From a bacterium (GTDB lineage Archaea > Thermoplasmatota > E2 > JACPAO01 > JAHFTW01), in contig JAZJZE010000005.1 of NCBI GenBank assembly GCA_040390065.1, forward strand, positions 245,170 through 309,169: a stretch of 64,000 nucleotides of DNA, given 5' to 3'. The position numbers were made by a program, and so were the translations under genes. The notes beneath the pieces are model-generated. The model saw only the letters and a program-made list of their open reading frames with translations, did no database searches and was not told the origin of the DNA. Of this stretch, positions 37,469 through 47,868 are shown piece after piece; within the stretch, counting starts at the first letter, position 1, and each line of letters begins with the position of its first letter.

Positions 37469-39306
37469 GCTCCGACGTGAAGGCCCACGCCTACGACGTC
37501 GTCGTCGTGGGCGCAGGCGGGGCCGGAATCCGCGCCGCCGTCGAAGCCGCCGCAATGGGCGCTAGGACGGCGCTCATCTGCAAGTCGCTCCTGGGCAAGG
37601 CCCACACGGTCATGGCCGAAGGAGGCATCGCGGCCGCGCTGTCCAACGCCGACGCGCGAGACAACTGGAAGGTGCACTTCCGTGACACGATGCGCGGTGG
37701 CAAGTTCCTCAACAACATCCGCATGGCGCAGATCCACGCGCAGGAGGCGCCGGCTCGCGTGCGCGAACTCGAGATATGGGGCGCCGTCTTCGACCGCACG
37801 AAGGACGGCTGGATCAACCAACGCAACTTCGGCGGCCACCAGTACCCACGCCTCGCCCACGTCGGCGACCGCACCGGCCTCGAGATCATCCGCACGCTGC
37901 AGGACAAGGGCGTGCACTCCGGCATCGACGTCTTCATGGAGCACACCGTCACGCGCGTGCTCAAGGACCCGCAGACCGGCAACGTCTCGGGCTGCCTCAC
38001 CTACGAACGCGAGACCGGCGCTCTCAACCTGTTCCGCGCCAAGTCCATCGTGCTCGCCTGCGGCGGCTTCGGCAAAGCGTTCGTCGTGACGTCGAATTCG
38101 TGGGAGTACACGGGCGACGGCTACGGGTTGGCCTATGAGGCCGGCGCGGAACTCATGGACATGGAGTTCATCCAATTCCACCCGACCGGCATGGTCTGGC
38201 CCATGAGTGTTCGCGGCATCCTCATCACGGAAGGTGTCCGCGGCGAGGGCGGAATCCTGCGCAACTCCGAGGGCGAGCGTTTCATGTTCCGCTACGTCCC
38301 CGAGATGTTCAAGAACGATTTCGCGACGACGGAGGAAGAGGCGAAGCGCTGGCTCGACGGCGACAAGACGGCCCGCCGCCCGCCCGAACTCCTCACGCGC
38401 GACGTCGTGGCCCGCGCCATCATGTCAGAGATCAAGGCGGGCCGCGGCACGCCGCACGGCGGCGTCTGGCTGGACATCTCCTGGCGACCCGCCGAGTACG
38501 TGAAGGCGAAGTTGCCGTCCATGTACCACCAGTTCAAGGAGCTCGCGGGTGTGGACATCACGAAGGAAGCGATGGAAGCCGGCCCGACGATGCACTACAC
38601 GATGGGCGGAGTGCGTGTCGACGCCGAATCGCAGATGACCAACATCCCCGGGCTCTTCTCTGCCGGCGAGAACGCAGCGGGCCTGCACGGCGCCAACCGC
38701 CTCGGCGGCAACTCGCTTAGCGACCTCATCGTCTTCGGCAAGCGGGCCGGCGAGTACGCGGCCAAGCACGCAAAGACAATCTCGGTATCGCCCGCAGTGC
38801 GGGACGAGGACCTGCAGGCAGCCCTCGCCGAGGCAGTGGCCCCCCTCAGCGGCGCAGGCGGTGAGCGCCCCGCCGCAGTGCACGAAGACTTGCAGCGAAC
38901 GATGGACGCATACGCCGGCATGATCCGCTTCGAGGATGACTTGCAGAAGGCGCAGACGGAACTCGAGCGCCTCAAGGCCCGCGCCACCAAGGTGAAAGCG
39001 CCGGGAACCCCGACGTTCAACCCCGGCTGGCATTTGGCCCTCGACTTGCGCAACATGCTCATCGCCTGCGAGGCCACCGTGCGCAGCGCCATCCTTCGCA
39101 AGGAATCCCGCGGCGGCCACACGCGCGGCGACTTCCCCGAAACCGACAAGGGCCAATGGTCGAAGCAGAACATCGTCTGCCGCAAGGGCGCGGACGGCCG
39201 CATGGAGGTCGTCACGATTCCCCTGCCGCCCTGGCCGGCGGACTTGAAGACCATCATCGAGGGCGAAGTCGCTGCCATCGAGAACAAGGCGGCGGTGGTG
39301 GCGTAA
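37465..39306 (+). CDS. sdhA: Succinate dehydrogenase/fumarate reductase flavoprotein
   Basis: GAGGAG, AHTVMAEGG, QFHPTG, EGVRGEGG, HYTMGG, HGANRLGGNSL. Confidence 0.96.
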   Translation: MSSDVKAHAYDVVVVGAGGAGIRAAVEAAAMGARTALICKSLLGKAHTVMAEGGIAAALSNADARDNWKVHFRDTMRGGKFLNNIRMAQIHAQEAPARVRELEIWGAVFDRTKDGWINQRNFGGHQYPRLAHVGDRTGLEIIRTLQDKGVHSGIDVFMEHTVTRVLKDPQTGNVSGCLTYERETGALNLFRAKSIVLACGGFGKAFVVTSNSWEYTGDGYGLAYEAGAELMDMEFIQFHPTGMVWPMSVRGILITEGVRGEGGILRNSEGERFMFRYVPEMFKNDFATTEEEAKRWLDGDKTARRPPELLTRDVVARAIMSEIKAGRGTPHGGVWLDISWRPAEYVKAKLPSMYHQFKELAGVDITKEAMEAGPTMHYTMGGVRVDAESQMTNIPGLFSAGENAAGLHGANRLGGNSLSDLIVFGKRAGEYAAKHAKTISVSPAVRDEDLQAALAEAVAPLSGAGGERPAAVHEDLQRTMDAYAGMIRFEDDLQKAQTELERLKARATKVKAPGTPTFNPGWHLALDLRNMLIACEATVRSAILRKESRGGHTRGDFPETDKGQWSKQNIVCRKGADGRMEVVTIPLPPWPADLKTIIEGEVAAIENKAAVVA

Positions 39307-40175
39307 TGGCCGACAAGATCGACGCAGGCGTCGCCGGCGCCATGGTTCGTGAGAGCAAGGCGAAGGCCGTCGAGTCCGCCGTGACTGGGAAGTCCGTGCA
39401 CCTCAAGGTCTTCCGCGGCACTTCCGAGGAAGGGACGTGGCAGGAGTTCGACGTCCCCCTCGACACGGGCATGGTCGTGCTCGACGCCGTACACCGCGTG
39501 CAGTCCACCCAGGATTCAACACTGGCATGCCGCTGGAACTGCAAGGCCGGCAAGTGCGGCTCCTGCAGCGCAGAGATCAACGGTGTGCCGCGCCTCATGT
39601 GCATGACGCGCATCTCCGACTTCAAGGAAGGCGAGACCATCCAGATCGCCCCCATGAAGGCCTTCCCCGTCGTGAAGGACCTCGTCACCGACGTCAAGTG
39701 GAACTACAAGCAGAACGCCCGCATCCAACCCTTCACGCCACGCGAGATGACGGCGGAGGAGAAGGCGCGCGGCGAATTCCAGATGAAGCAACGCGACGTC
39801 GACCGCGCGCAAGAGTTCCGCAAATGCATCGAGTGCTTCCTCTGTCAAGACGTCTGCCACGTCCTTCGCACGCAGAAGCTGCACGACGAGTTCCAGGGCC
39901 CGCGGTTCATGGTGCGCATCGCCAGCCTCGAGATGCACCCCGCCGACAACGCGGACCGCCTCGACGCCGCGTGGACCGACGGCGGCATCGGGCTGTGCAA
40001 CATCACGAAGTGCTGCACCGAGGTCTGCCCGGAGCACATCACCATCACGGACAACGCGATCATTCCGATGAAGGAACGGATTGTCTCTCAGCGGTTTGAC
40101 CCGATTGCCATCGTGTGGCGCAAGTTGACGGGCAAGAGCGGCAAGACTGCGAATCTGCCGATGGCGAAGAAGTAG
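39306..40175 (+). CDS. sdhB: Succinate dehydrogenase iron-sulfur subunit
   Basis: CKAGKCGSC, CIECFLCQDVC, CNITKCCTEVCP. Confidence 0.96.
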   Translation: MADKIDAGVAGAMVRESKAKAVESAVTGKSVHLKVFRGTSEEGTWQEFDVPLDTGMVVLDAVHRVQSTQDSTLACRWNCKAGKCGSCSAEINGVPRLMCMTRISDFKEGETIQIAPMKAFPVVKDLVTDVKWNYKQNARIQPFTPREMTAEEKARGEFQMKQRDVDRAQEFRKCIECFLCQDVCHVLRTQKLHDEFQGPRFMVRIASLEMHPADNADRLDAAWTDGGIGLCNITKCCTEVCPEHITITDNAIIPMKERIVSQRFDPIAIVWRKLTGKSGKTANLPMAKK

Positions 40176-40341
40176 ACGACGCCCGCCGACGTGTCAACCG
40201 ATGCAACCGACCGACGCCTGGCCCGGTCAGTTGCTTCCGTTGCTTCGGTTGACTACGGAGTCGTCGTCCGGCGCGAGGACGATTCCACGCCGTCCGTCAT
40301 CCGTTGCATCTGTTCCATCTGTTGACCCGTCGGTCGTCGTC
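40175..40341. repeat. Three copies of the GACGACG/(CAACNGATG)n intergenic repeat (one forward, two reverse)
   Basis: 40175-40213 (+), 40228-40268 (-), 40301-40341 (-) between convergent genes. Confidence 0.7.
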
Positions 40342-42238
40342 ACGCCGGTACAACCGAAATCTCGAGCCCGCGCTTCTCCGCCAACAACAGCGCCTGCCCT
40401 TCGGGCGATTCCGTCTTGAACCGGATCTTCCCGTCCTTCGAAGCAGTCGCCTCGCCGACGACGGCGCCTTCCACTTCCACCCGATAAATCCCCGGCTGGC
40501 CGCCGTTCAGGAACAGGAACACGTTCGTGCTCGTCCGCTTGAGTCGCACGCGCGGGACCGAGTCGGCGCCGCGCCGCGGCCGCTCTTCGTCCACCACGCC
40601 GCCGAGGTAGCGTTCGTCGTTGGATTCGCGGCGACGCGGAGCACGTTCGTCCAGAGCCTTGATCTGCAGCCCAATGCCGAGTTTGTTCTCCAGCATCTGC
40701 ACGGTTCGTCCGCCTTTGCCGATGAGGGCAGGCACTTCGGATTCGCTCACCATGATTGTGGCGGAGTTGCCGCGCACGCGGATCTCCATGGGGCCCTGCA
40801 CGTACTTTCGTAACATCGACGCTAGCTGCTTCTCTGCGAGTTGGCTGGCGGGGTCGCGCGTCGTGCCGATCTGGTCGAGGGGCATGACGACGACTTGCTC
40901 GCCGTACGTGTACAACTCGTAGACCGGCTTGCCGCCTTCCATCACGTCCTTGACGACGACGACGGGGCGCGCAAGGTCGGCGTCCTGCATGCCGGACGGG
41001 ACCTTGACCGTGAATTCGAGTTCGAGGACTTGGGCAATCCTGCCGGCCTCGACGAACAGGACGGTGTCGACGACTTGGGGAATCATGCCGAGTTCGACGC
41101 GGCCAATGAGACGCTGAACCGCGTCGATGGCGCGGTTGGCGTGCGTGACCCCGATGAGGCCGACACCGGCGAGGCGCATGTCGGCGAAGGTGCGGAAGTC
41201 CTCCGTCGTGCGGACCTCGTCGTAGATGACGTTGTCCGGGCGAACGAGCAGGATGACGTCGCCGGTCCACTTCATGTCGCGGTCGAGGGCGCCGTACTGT
41301 GTCACTTCCTTGGGGACTTGCAGGTCGCGCGGCTGCTCCATGGTCTTCACGACGCGGTGCAGGCTGTGCAAATGCTCGGCGACGGCTGCTGCGAAGGTGG
41401 ACTTGCCCGAGCCCGGCGGACCTGCCACGAAGACGCCGCGGCTGTGACCCTCCAGGCGCTCCATGAGAATCGGTTCGAGTTTGTAGTCCGAGATGTGCTT
41501 CTTCGTGATGGGCCGCACCGCGGTGATCTCGAGCCCGTCGGCAAAGGGCGGCTGCGCGATTGTGATGCGCAGGGGGCCAAGTTGGATGACGGTGCAGCCG
41601 TGCTTCTCCATCTCGATGAAGGAGTTGTAGTCGCGCTTGGCGAACTCGATGCACTCCTTCGCCATGGCGCGCAGTTCCGCGTGGCCCGAATCTCGCGTCG
41701 TGGCACTGAAGGGCTCGTACCGGACGGCGCCGGGCTGGCCGCGCTTGACCATCGGCTTGCAGTCGGACTTGAGGTGGACACTCATCGTCTGCGCGTCGAA
41801 GAAGGACCAGAGTTTGAGGCCCGTGAGGTCGATGTCCTTCACGACGGGCCGGATGTAGTGGTGCCGGATTCCTTGGGCAGCGGCGGCGTGGGCCTGCACG
41901 CGGTCGCTCGTCACGAAGATGGCCTTCTGCGCCACGGCGACGTCGCGGATCCTCGCATCGATGGCGCCGCTGCGGGCTTGGCCGATCTCGTCGCGGTGCG
42001 GGCGCTCGCCGACGAATTCGACGGTGATCTGGCCGGCGGCCGCGAGCTTCTGCAGGCTGGCCAGTTCGTCGAGCCCGGCGACGCCCGTCTCGAGCCCACG
42101 GTTGGCCTGGGCTTCCAGCTCGGCGATTGCCGCCAGCGGCACGACGACGCGCGCCTTGGGGAATTCGCCGGATGCCAAGAGTTCCGTGATGCGCCCGTCG
42201 ACCAGGACGGACGTGTCGGGAACCAGGGTTTCGCTCAC
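40340..42238 (-). CDS. PIN-ATPase-KH protein (PINA/MJ1533 family)
   Basis: PDTS PIN motif, GPPGSGKST, DEVR, GVTHA, IGKGG KH motif; GTG start. Confidence 0.93.
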   Translation of the reverse strand: MSETLVPDTSVLVDGRITELLASGEFPKARVVVPLAAIAELEAQANRGLETGVAGLDELASLQKLAAAGQITVEFVGERPHRDEIGQARSGAIDARIRDVAVAQKAIFVTSDRVQAHAAAAQGIRHHYIRPVVKDIDLTGLKLWSFFDAQTMSVHLKSDCKPMVKRGQPGAVRYEPFSATTRDSGHAELRAMAKECIEFAKRDYNSFIEMEKHGCTVIQLGPLRITIAQPPFADGLEITAVRPITKKHISDYKLEPILMERLEGHSRGVFVAGPPGSGKSTFAAAVAEHLHSLHRVVKTMEQPRDLQVPKEVTQYGALDRDMKWTGDVILLVRPDNVIYDEVRTTEDFRTFADMRLAGVGLIGVTHANRAIDAVQRLIGRVELGMIPQVVDTVLFVEAGRIAQVLELEFTVKVPSGMQDADLARPVVVVKDVMEGGKPVYELYTYGEQVVVMPLDQIGTTRDPASQLAEKQLASMLRKYVQGPMEIRVRGNSATIMVSESEVPALIGKGGRTVQMLENKLGIGLQIKALDERAPRRRESNDERYLGGVVDEERPRRGADSVPRVRLKRTSTNVFLFLNGGQPGIYRVEVEGAVVGEATASKDGKIRFKTESPEGQALLLAEKRGLEISVVPA

Positions 42239-42339
42239 AGGGCCAAGAGTGGGCCAGGAGGGATAACGGTGATGATTCCCGAAGGGGGGTTTCCTGTGGA
42301 GGAAATGCGGCGGCCAATCCGGCTTCGGCGGGCCGTTGC

Positions 42340-42603
42340 CTACGGCCGCGGCACGACGCAGACGGAGTACGGGCCGGCAATGGTGTCGTACACGGCGAGG
42401 ACCAGGCAATCGGGGTCGTAGGCCTGGACGCATGCGGCAACACCGACGTCCGCTCCCGGCGTCTCGATGACGCAGACGGTGCCGTGTTCAGGGTCCGCGA
42501 CGACGCGGGGCAAATAGGGGGACCCGGCCGAGGCCACGGGCGCACAAGCGGCGACAGCCAGGAGGGTCGTGAGCATGGCGGCGGAAACGAGCATCGTGCG
42601 CAT
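42340..42603 (-). CDS. Small secreted Cys-containing protein
   Basis: Signal peptide, several Cys. Confidence 0.55.
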   Translation of the reverse strand: MRTMLVSAAMLTTLLAVAACAPVASAGSPYLPRVVADPEHGTVCVIETPGADVGVAACVQAYDPDCLVLAVYDTIAGPYSVCVVPRP

Positions 42604-42694
42604 CAAGGCACCAGCCGCGTCATTGGCCCATCCCACTTCAGCGTTGCGTGGCCACGGGCCGAGCCTCCCGTTGCCGTCACCCGGCGGCTTTTTC

Positions 42695-43624
42695 CTATGC
42701 CTCGGGCGAGGGGGAGGCCGCTGGTTGGCGACGCGCCTTGGACCAGACGATCAGCACGACGGCGCCGACGATGAGCACCGAGGCGGCCAGGGTGATGGCG
42801 GTGACGGGCTCGTGGCCGGCGATGCTGCCGACGGCCACGGCAACCGCCGGATTGACGAATGCGTACGTCGTGGCCACGGCCGGGCTGGTCGAGCGCAGCA
42901 GCCACAAGTAGCAGCCGAGGGCGACGACCGAGCCGAAGACGCTGAGGTAGAGCACCCACAGCCAGGCCGACAGCGGCACGAGCGAGGGGTGGAAGCCTAC
43001 AGGTTCGCCCAGCGCGGCGCTCCCCAGGGCCAGTAGCGCACCGCCCGCCAACATCTGCATCGCCAAGTCCTGCCACGCCGACGTCGGTCGTCCCGGACGC
43101 CGCGCGAGGATCGAACCCAACGCCCAGCAGAGCGAGCCCACCATGATGATGCCGAAGAACAACGGCTCGACGCCGCCTGTCCACCCTTCGCCCTGCCGCG
43201 ACAGGACGCCCACACCGGCCAGCCCAAGGGCGAGGCCCGCGACGACGAAGGCGTTTGGCGGGCGGTGCTCAAGCCCCCATTCCCACACCGCCGTCCAGAG
43301 CGGCACCATGGCGACCAGCAAGGCGGCAATCCCGGAGGGCATGCGGGTCTCGACGAGGGATACTGTGCCGTTGCCGACCGCAAGCATGAGGCCGCCGACG
43401 AGGAAGGCGCGCCGCCACTGGGCCTGGGTGGGGCGTCCCGCCTTGCGCCGCGTCCACGCATACAGGATTGCGCCGGGCGCAAGGAATCGCAAGGACGCCA
43501 TCAGCAGGGGCGGGATGGAGGCGACGGCTTCCCGAATGCCGAAGTACGTCGTTCCCCAGATGACGTAGAGCGCGCCCAAGGCGAGCACGATTCCCGTGCG
43601 CCGCCGTGCCGCGTCGTCCGCCAC
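42695..43624 (-). CDS. EamA/DMT family transporter
   Basis: YVIWGTTY, PSG.AALL, YAFVNP, ~10 TM. Confidence 0.92.
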   Translation of the reverse strand: MADDAARRRTGIVLALGALYVIWGTTYFGIREAVASIPPLLMASLRFLAPGAILYAWTRRKAGRPTQAQWRRAFLVGGLMLAVGNGTVSLVETRMPSGIAALLVAMVPLWTAVWEWGLEHRPPNAFVVAGLALGLAGVGVLSRQGEGWTGGVEPLFFGIIMVGSLCWALGSILARRPGRPTSAWQDLAMQMLAGGALLALGSAALGEPVGFHPSLVPLSAWLWVLYLSVFGSVVALGCYLWLLRSTSPAVATTYAFVNPAVAVAVGSIAGHEPVTAITLAASVLIVGAVVLIVWSKARRQPAASPSPEA

Positions 43625-43681
43625 GGGTCGCGGCAGGCGGGCCCGTCTCAAGAAGCCGACCCGGCACAGGTGCAATCCCGG

Positions 43682-44566
43682 TCAGTCCGCTGCGCCGTCC
43701 CAGACCTTGATGCCGATCTCGCCGCACCAGGCAAGCACGCGCGACCGCTGCGGCCCCTTCAGCCCTTTCTTGTGCACGTGGACGGCATCGCACCCGGGCG
43801 TGGCTGCGATGGCCTTGGCAAGAACGTCGCGTGTTGCGTCCTCGGGCAAGGCGTGGGCGGGGACGAGGTGGCCGAAATCGGCGCGGCCCGCGAGGGCGAT
43901 GTCCGTCTGGCGCGGCGCGTAGTGTCCGCCGCCGACGCCGACCAGTACGGGACCAGTCGACTTCCCCTCGCCACGCAGGACATCCTGGATGGCTCCCGCC
44001 ACGGCCTCGGCGCCCTTGCGGTCGGTGTACCAGGCCTCGTCGGAGCCAATCTCGACGAACAGCGTCGGCAGCGACATGAGGGGACCGTGGTGCGTGGCCT
44101 CATACGTCACGGAGTGCGGCAGGCCGGCGGCGTCGCGGTGGTGGCGCAGGCGCCGCAGGAGCGCTCCCATGTCGCGGGCGGCGGCCGGGCTTGGCGTGTG
44201 CGCGCGGCCACCGAACTTGGCTTCGCCATGGTTGCCAATGGGATGGACCGTCAGGCTTGGGTGACCGGACTCGGCGCGGTGCTTCGACAAGAACCAGACG
44301 TCGCGCAACGGCAAGCCGAGGGCGTGCAAGTCGCCGTCGAGCGCCTCGTCATGGATGCTCGGGCCCTCGACTTCAAGCAGGATCGCTTCGCTTTGCGACC
44401 ACACCGCATGGCCGCGGAAGGTGCGGTTCGTGCGCTCCCAGTCTCCTTGCTCGAGCAAGCGGTCGCGCAGGTTGACGCTCGCGGGGTCGACCCGGCTGCA
44501 TACGAGCACGCGCACAGCCCTCGCGAGCACAGTCGGCTCAAAAGGGACGCGGCCGGCGCCGGACAC
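43682..44566 (-). CDS. dtdA: D-aminoacyl-tRNA deacylase (DTD2)
   Basis: SKH.....LTVHPIGN, EATHHGP, FVEIGS, GGGHY. Confidence 0.93.
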   Translation of the reverse strand: MSGAGRVPFEPTVLARAVRVLVCSRVDPASVNLRDRLLEQGDWERTNRTFRGHAVWSQSEAILLEVEGPSIHDEALDGDLHALGLPLRDVWFLSKHRAESGHPSLTVHPIGNHGEAKFGGRAHTPSPAAARDMGALLRRLRHHRDAAGLPHSVTYEATHHGPLMSLPTLFVEIGSDEAWYTDRKGAEAVAGAIQDVLRGEGKSTGPVLVGVGGGHYAPRQTDIALAGRADFGHLVPAHALPEDATRDVLAKAIAATPGCDAVHVHKKGLKGPQRSRVLAWCGEIGIKVWDGAAD

Positions 44567-44595
44567 ACTTTAAATGAGGGGTCTCATGGCGCCAC

Positions 44596-46014
44596 ATGGC
44601 CAAGAAAGTCGTCGACGACGCCTTGACGGCGGAAGTCGTTGCGCAGGAAGACGTGCCGTTCACGGAGCATGAGGCGCCGGTCGAGACGGTCGAGCACGCG
44701 CCGCTGGAACTCGTCACCGATCCCGGCATGAAGAAGGTCATCGTCTTCGCCGCCGACGAGGCCGTGCCGCAGGACGACACGCCGGCCGAGGAGCCGATGC
44801 AAGTGGTCAGCAGCCACCGGGGTGCACCCGCGGGTCCCAGCGACAGTCTCTATTCCATCCATGCCGGCGTCGACAGCCTCGGCCCCGACCCGTCTTTCCC
44901 CGGTCGCCCGCGCGGCGCCAACCTTGCGCCGATCCCCTTCCGCACCAGCCGCACCGTGTACCGCACCGAATCCGGATCCGAAGTGCGCTCGTACGAGTCC
45001 GGCTCGCGCCGCAACCTGACACTCGCCAATGCCTCCGGCGAGGAGGTTGCGTTCCGCAGCGAGATGGTCGACCAAGTCGTCGGCACTCCGGCGCAGCCCG
45101 AGACGACGGCCCCCCAAGTCATCGAGGTCGCCCCCCAGGAGGAGAAGGCGCGCCGCCGCTTCGGTTTTTTCGGACGACGAAAGCCGAAGCCTGAGTTCCA
45201 CGCTGACGGGAAGGGCGACCCCTCCATCTCGCACGTCTACCAGACCGCCGTCATCGGCGAGCCGGAACCTGCGCCGGCCGCTGCGCCCGAACCTGCGGCC
45301 ACCGCATGGGACCCTGGCCAGGGCGGCGTCGTCTTCCACGACACGCCAGTGCGCGTCGAAGTGAAGGAAGAGACCTGGAAGGCGCCGCGCCCGGCGGCCC
45401 GCCGACCAGCACGCCCCGCTCGCAAGGCCCGCAAGGCAGCCAAGCCCGCTCGCAAGGTTCGCAAGGCCGCAAAGCCGCGCAAGCCGAAGACCGTGCTCGC
45501 CTACGCCGGCGACAACCATCCGATCATCGACATCGAGGGCATCGGCCCGACCTATGCCAAGCGCCTGGAGAAGGCCGGCATCGCCACGACGGGCCAGCTC
45601 GCCGTCGCCAAGGCAGGGAAGGTCGCCAAGACGGTCAAGGCTCCGAAGAAGACCGTCAAGGGCTGGCAGGCCCAGGCGGACCTCCTCAAGGTCAAAGGTG
45701 TCGGCCCGCAGTACGCAGAAGCCATGGCGCGCGCCGGCATCCGCGGCATCGACGACCTCAAGAGCAAGCCGGCGGACAAGATGGCCAAGACGGTCACGAA
45801 GTACCTCGACTCGCTCGACGTCAACGTCGTCGGCCAGCCCGTCACCGCGAAGCGCATGGCGAAGTGGAAGCGCACGGCCTCCCACATGCGGAAGGTCAAG
45901 GTGGACAAGGCCAAGCTCGCCGTTCCCGACCACGGCATCCCGCCACCCTGGCTGCGCGACAAGGGCAAGGGCGCGAAGAAGGCCGCGAAGAAAGCGGGCC
46001 GCAAGAAGCGATAA
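44596..46014 (+). CDS. HhH/DUF4332-like protein with acidic N-terminus and Lys/Arg-rich linker
   Basis: DIEGIGP.YA..L..AGI, ADL..V.GVGPQYAE; PARKARKAAK repeats. Confidence 0.8.
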   Translation: MAKKVVDDALTAEVVAQEDVPFTEHEAPVETVEHAPLELVTDPGMKKVIVFAADEAVPQDDTPAEEPMQVVSSHRGAPAGPSDSLYSIHAGVDSLGPDPSFPGRPRGANLAPIPFRTSRTVYRTESGSEVRSYESGSRRNLTLANASGEEVAFRSEMVDQVVGTPAQPETTAPQVIEVAPQEEKARRRFGFFGRRKPKPEFHADGKGDPSISHVYQTAVIGEPEPAPAAAPEPAATAWDPGQGGVVFHDTPVRVEVKEETWKAPRPAARRPARPARKARKAAKPARKVRKAAKPRKPKTVLAYAGDNHPIIDIEGIGPTYAKRLEKAGIATTGQLAVAKAGKVAKTVKAPKKTVKGWQAQADLLKVKGVGPQYAEAMARAGIRGIDDLKSKPADKMAKTVTKYLDSLDVNVVGQPVTAKRMAKWKRTASHMRKVKVDKAKLAVPDHGIPPPWLRDKGKGAKKAAKKAGRKKR

Positions 46015-46065
46015 GCGCGGCCCGCTCGAGCCGGCCACCACCCCAATCTTCTAAGGGGAGAAGGT

Positions 46066-47868
46066 GTGGGCACAACTGTGCTGGAAGTCAGGGCCACCGA
46101 TGGCCGGGGCCGCTTGGGCGACTGGATGCCCGACGGCAAGGGAGGCCGCTCGGCCGCGTTTCCTGGACTCATCGTCCCCGACACGTCGCTCGCCGCGGCG
46201 CCAGCCTGGGCGACGGCCACCCTGACCCTGCGCGCTCGCAAGGATCCGGGGCGCATCGAGCTCCTGTCCGGCGGCACGTGGTTCTACCCCAACGCGGCGA
46301 CCGACGGCCTCGTCGTCCCGGCCATCATTCCGGCACCTACGACGACGGTGCAAACCATCCAAGTGGGCACCGACCTCGCGGTGTTGCACGACGCTGCGGG
46401 CTGGGCATCCAACCCCAAGAACCTCGTCCCTGCCCTCATCCAATCACGCCGCGAGGCCACACCGGCCCGCCTCCTATGGGCGCCCGGCCTCGGCACGCCG
46501 GAGGACTACGCGCTGTGGGTCTACCTTGGCGTCGAGCTCTTCGATGCCAGCCCGCTCCTGCTTGCTGGTGCGCGCGGCCAAGTCCTGACGACGGACGGCA
46601 CACTGGCCGTGGCCGACGCGCAGCGCATCCTCGGCGACGGCACGGCGTGGGACCAGACGCGCATCGTGGCGCACAACTTCGAAGCGGCGCGCCAGGAGCT
46701 CGAACGCATCCGCGACGCCATCGCGACGGGCACGCTGCGCGCCCTTGTCGAACGCCGCATCTACTCCAAGGCCGCCTCCGTCGAGGTCCTGCGCCGCTTC
46801 GACCGTGACCACACCTACTTGGAAGCCGCAGCACCGCGCCACCGCACGACGCCGCTGCCGGCCATGACGATGGATTCGCTGTCGATGCCGGAGGTCGAGG
46901 CGTTCCGCCGCCGCCTGCGGACGACGTACCAGCCGCCGCGCAGCGCCAAGATCCTCGTCCTCTTGCCGTGCAGCCAGCGCAAACCGTACAAGACCAGCCG
47001 CAGCCACCGGCAGTTCGCCCGCGTCCTCGACGAGTCCGGTATCCGCGGCCTCCTGCACGAGGTCATGGTGACGTCGCCGCTTGGGCTCGTCCCGCGCGAA
47101 CTCGAGGAAGTCTATCCGGCAAACCAGTACGACATCCCCGTGACGGGGCACTGGACGCGCGACGAGGAGGCCATCGTCAAGGAGCAACTCGCGGCCCTCC
47201 TGTCGGCACACGACTACGACCACGTCGTCGTGCACTGCGGCCAGGCCACGTTCGACATCCTTCGACACCTGCTGCCCGAGCACACGCGGCACACCTGCCT
47301 GCACCACCCGACGAGCCAAGAGGACCTCGCGCGCCTGGCCGCAGAACTCGCCCGCATCAAGCGCGAGGTAGGTGGCGTCGATTCGTGGTCCGCCGGAAAG
47401 GCCCGCAAGCTCGAGGACCTACGCGCACTCGCAACCTTCCAGTTCAACGCCGCCGTCGCGGACGAACTGCTCGACGGAGCCGTGGCCCATGGCCGCATGC
47501 CCTTTGTCAAATTGGAACGCCACGGCTTGCAAGTCGGCATGACGACGCCGGACCGCGGCGTGCTGTCGCTGACACTGGACGGGGCGCAGGTGCTGGCGAT
47601 GCACAAGACGCACCGCGTCAACATCGGCGACTTCCGCCCGAAGGGCACGTCGAGCCTGTTTGCCATCGGCGTCGAATCCGCCGACCCGGACATCCGCGTC
47701 GGCGACGAGGTCGTGGTCGTCCACAACGACGAGGTCCGCGCCTGCGGCGTCGCCACCATGTCGTCCGAGGAGATGGCCCACATGGAACGCGGCATCGCCG
47801 TCGTCCTGCGCCACACCGCCACGCCCGTCAAAGCCGACAAGCCCGCCACTCAGGAGGTCGCCGCATGA
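46066..47868 (+). CDS. arcS: Archaeosine synthase
   Basis: Degenerate TGT-like N-terminus, PCSQRKPY..S.SH, TSPLGLVPRELE, YDIPVTG.W, C-terminal PUA domain. Confidence 0.92.
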   Translation: MGTTVLEVRATDGRGRLGDWMPDGKGGRSAAFPGLIVPDTSLAAAPAWATATLTLRARKDPGRIELLSGGTWFYPNAATDGLVVPAIIPAPTTTVQTIQVGTDLAVLHDAAGWASNPKNLVPALIQSRREATPARLLWAPGLGTPEDYALWVYLGVELFDASPLLLAGARGQVLTTDGTLAVADAQRILGDGTAWDQTRIVAHNFEAARQELERIRDAIATGTLRALVERRIYSKAASVEVLRRFDRDHTYLEAAAPRHRTTPLPAMTMDSLSMPEVEAFRRRLRTTYQPPRSAKILVLLPCSQRKPYKTSRSHRQFARVLDESGIRGLLHEVMVTSPLGLVPRELEEVYPANQYDIPVTGHWTRDEEAIVKEQLAALLSAHDYDHVVVHCGQATFDILRHLLPEHTRHTCLHHPTSQEDLARLAAELARIKREVGGVDSWSAGKARKLEDLRALATFQFNAAVADELLDGAVAHGRMPFVKLERHGLQVGMTTPDRGVLSLTLDGAQVLAMHKTHRVNIGDFRPKGTSSLFAIGVESADPDIRVGDEVVVVHNDEVRACGVATMSSEEMAHMERGIAVVLRHTATPVKADKPATQEVAA

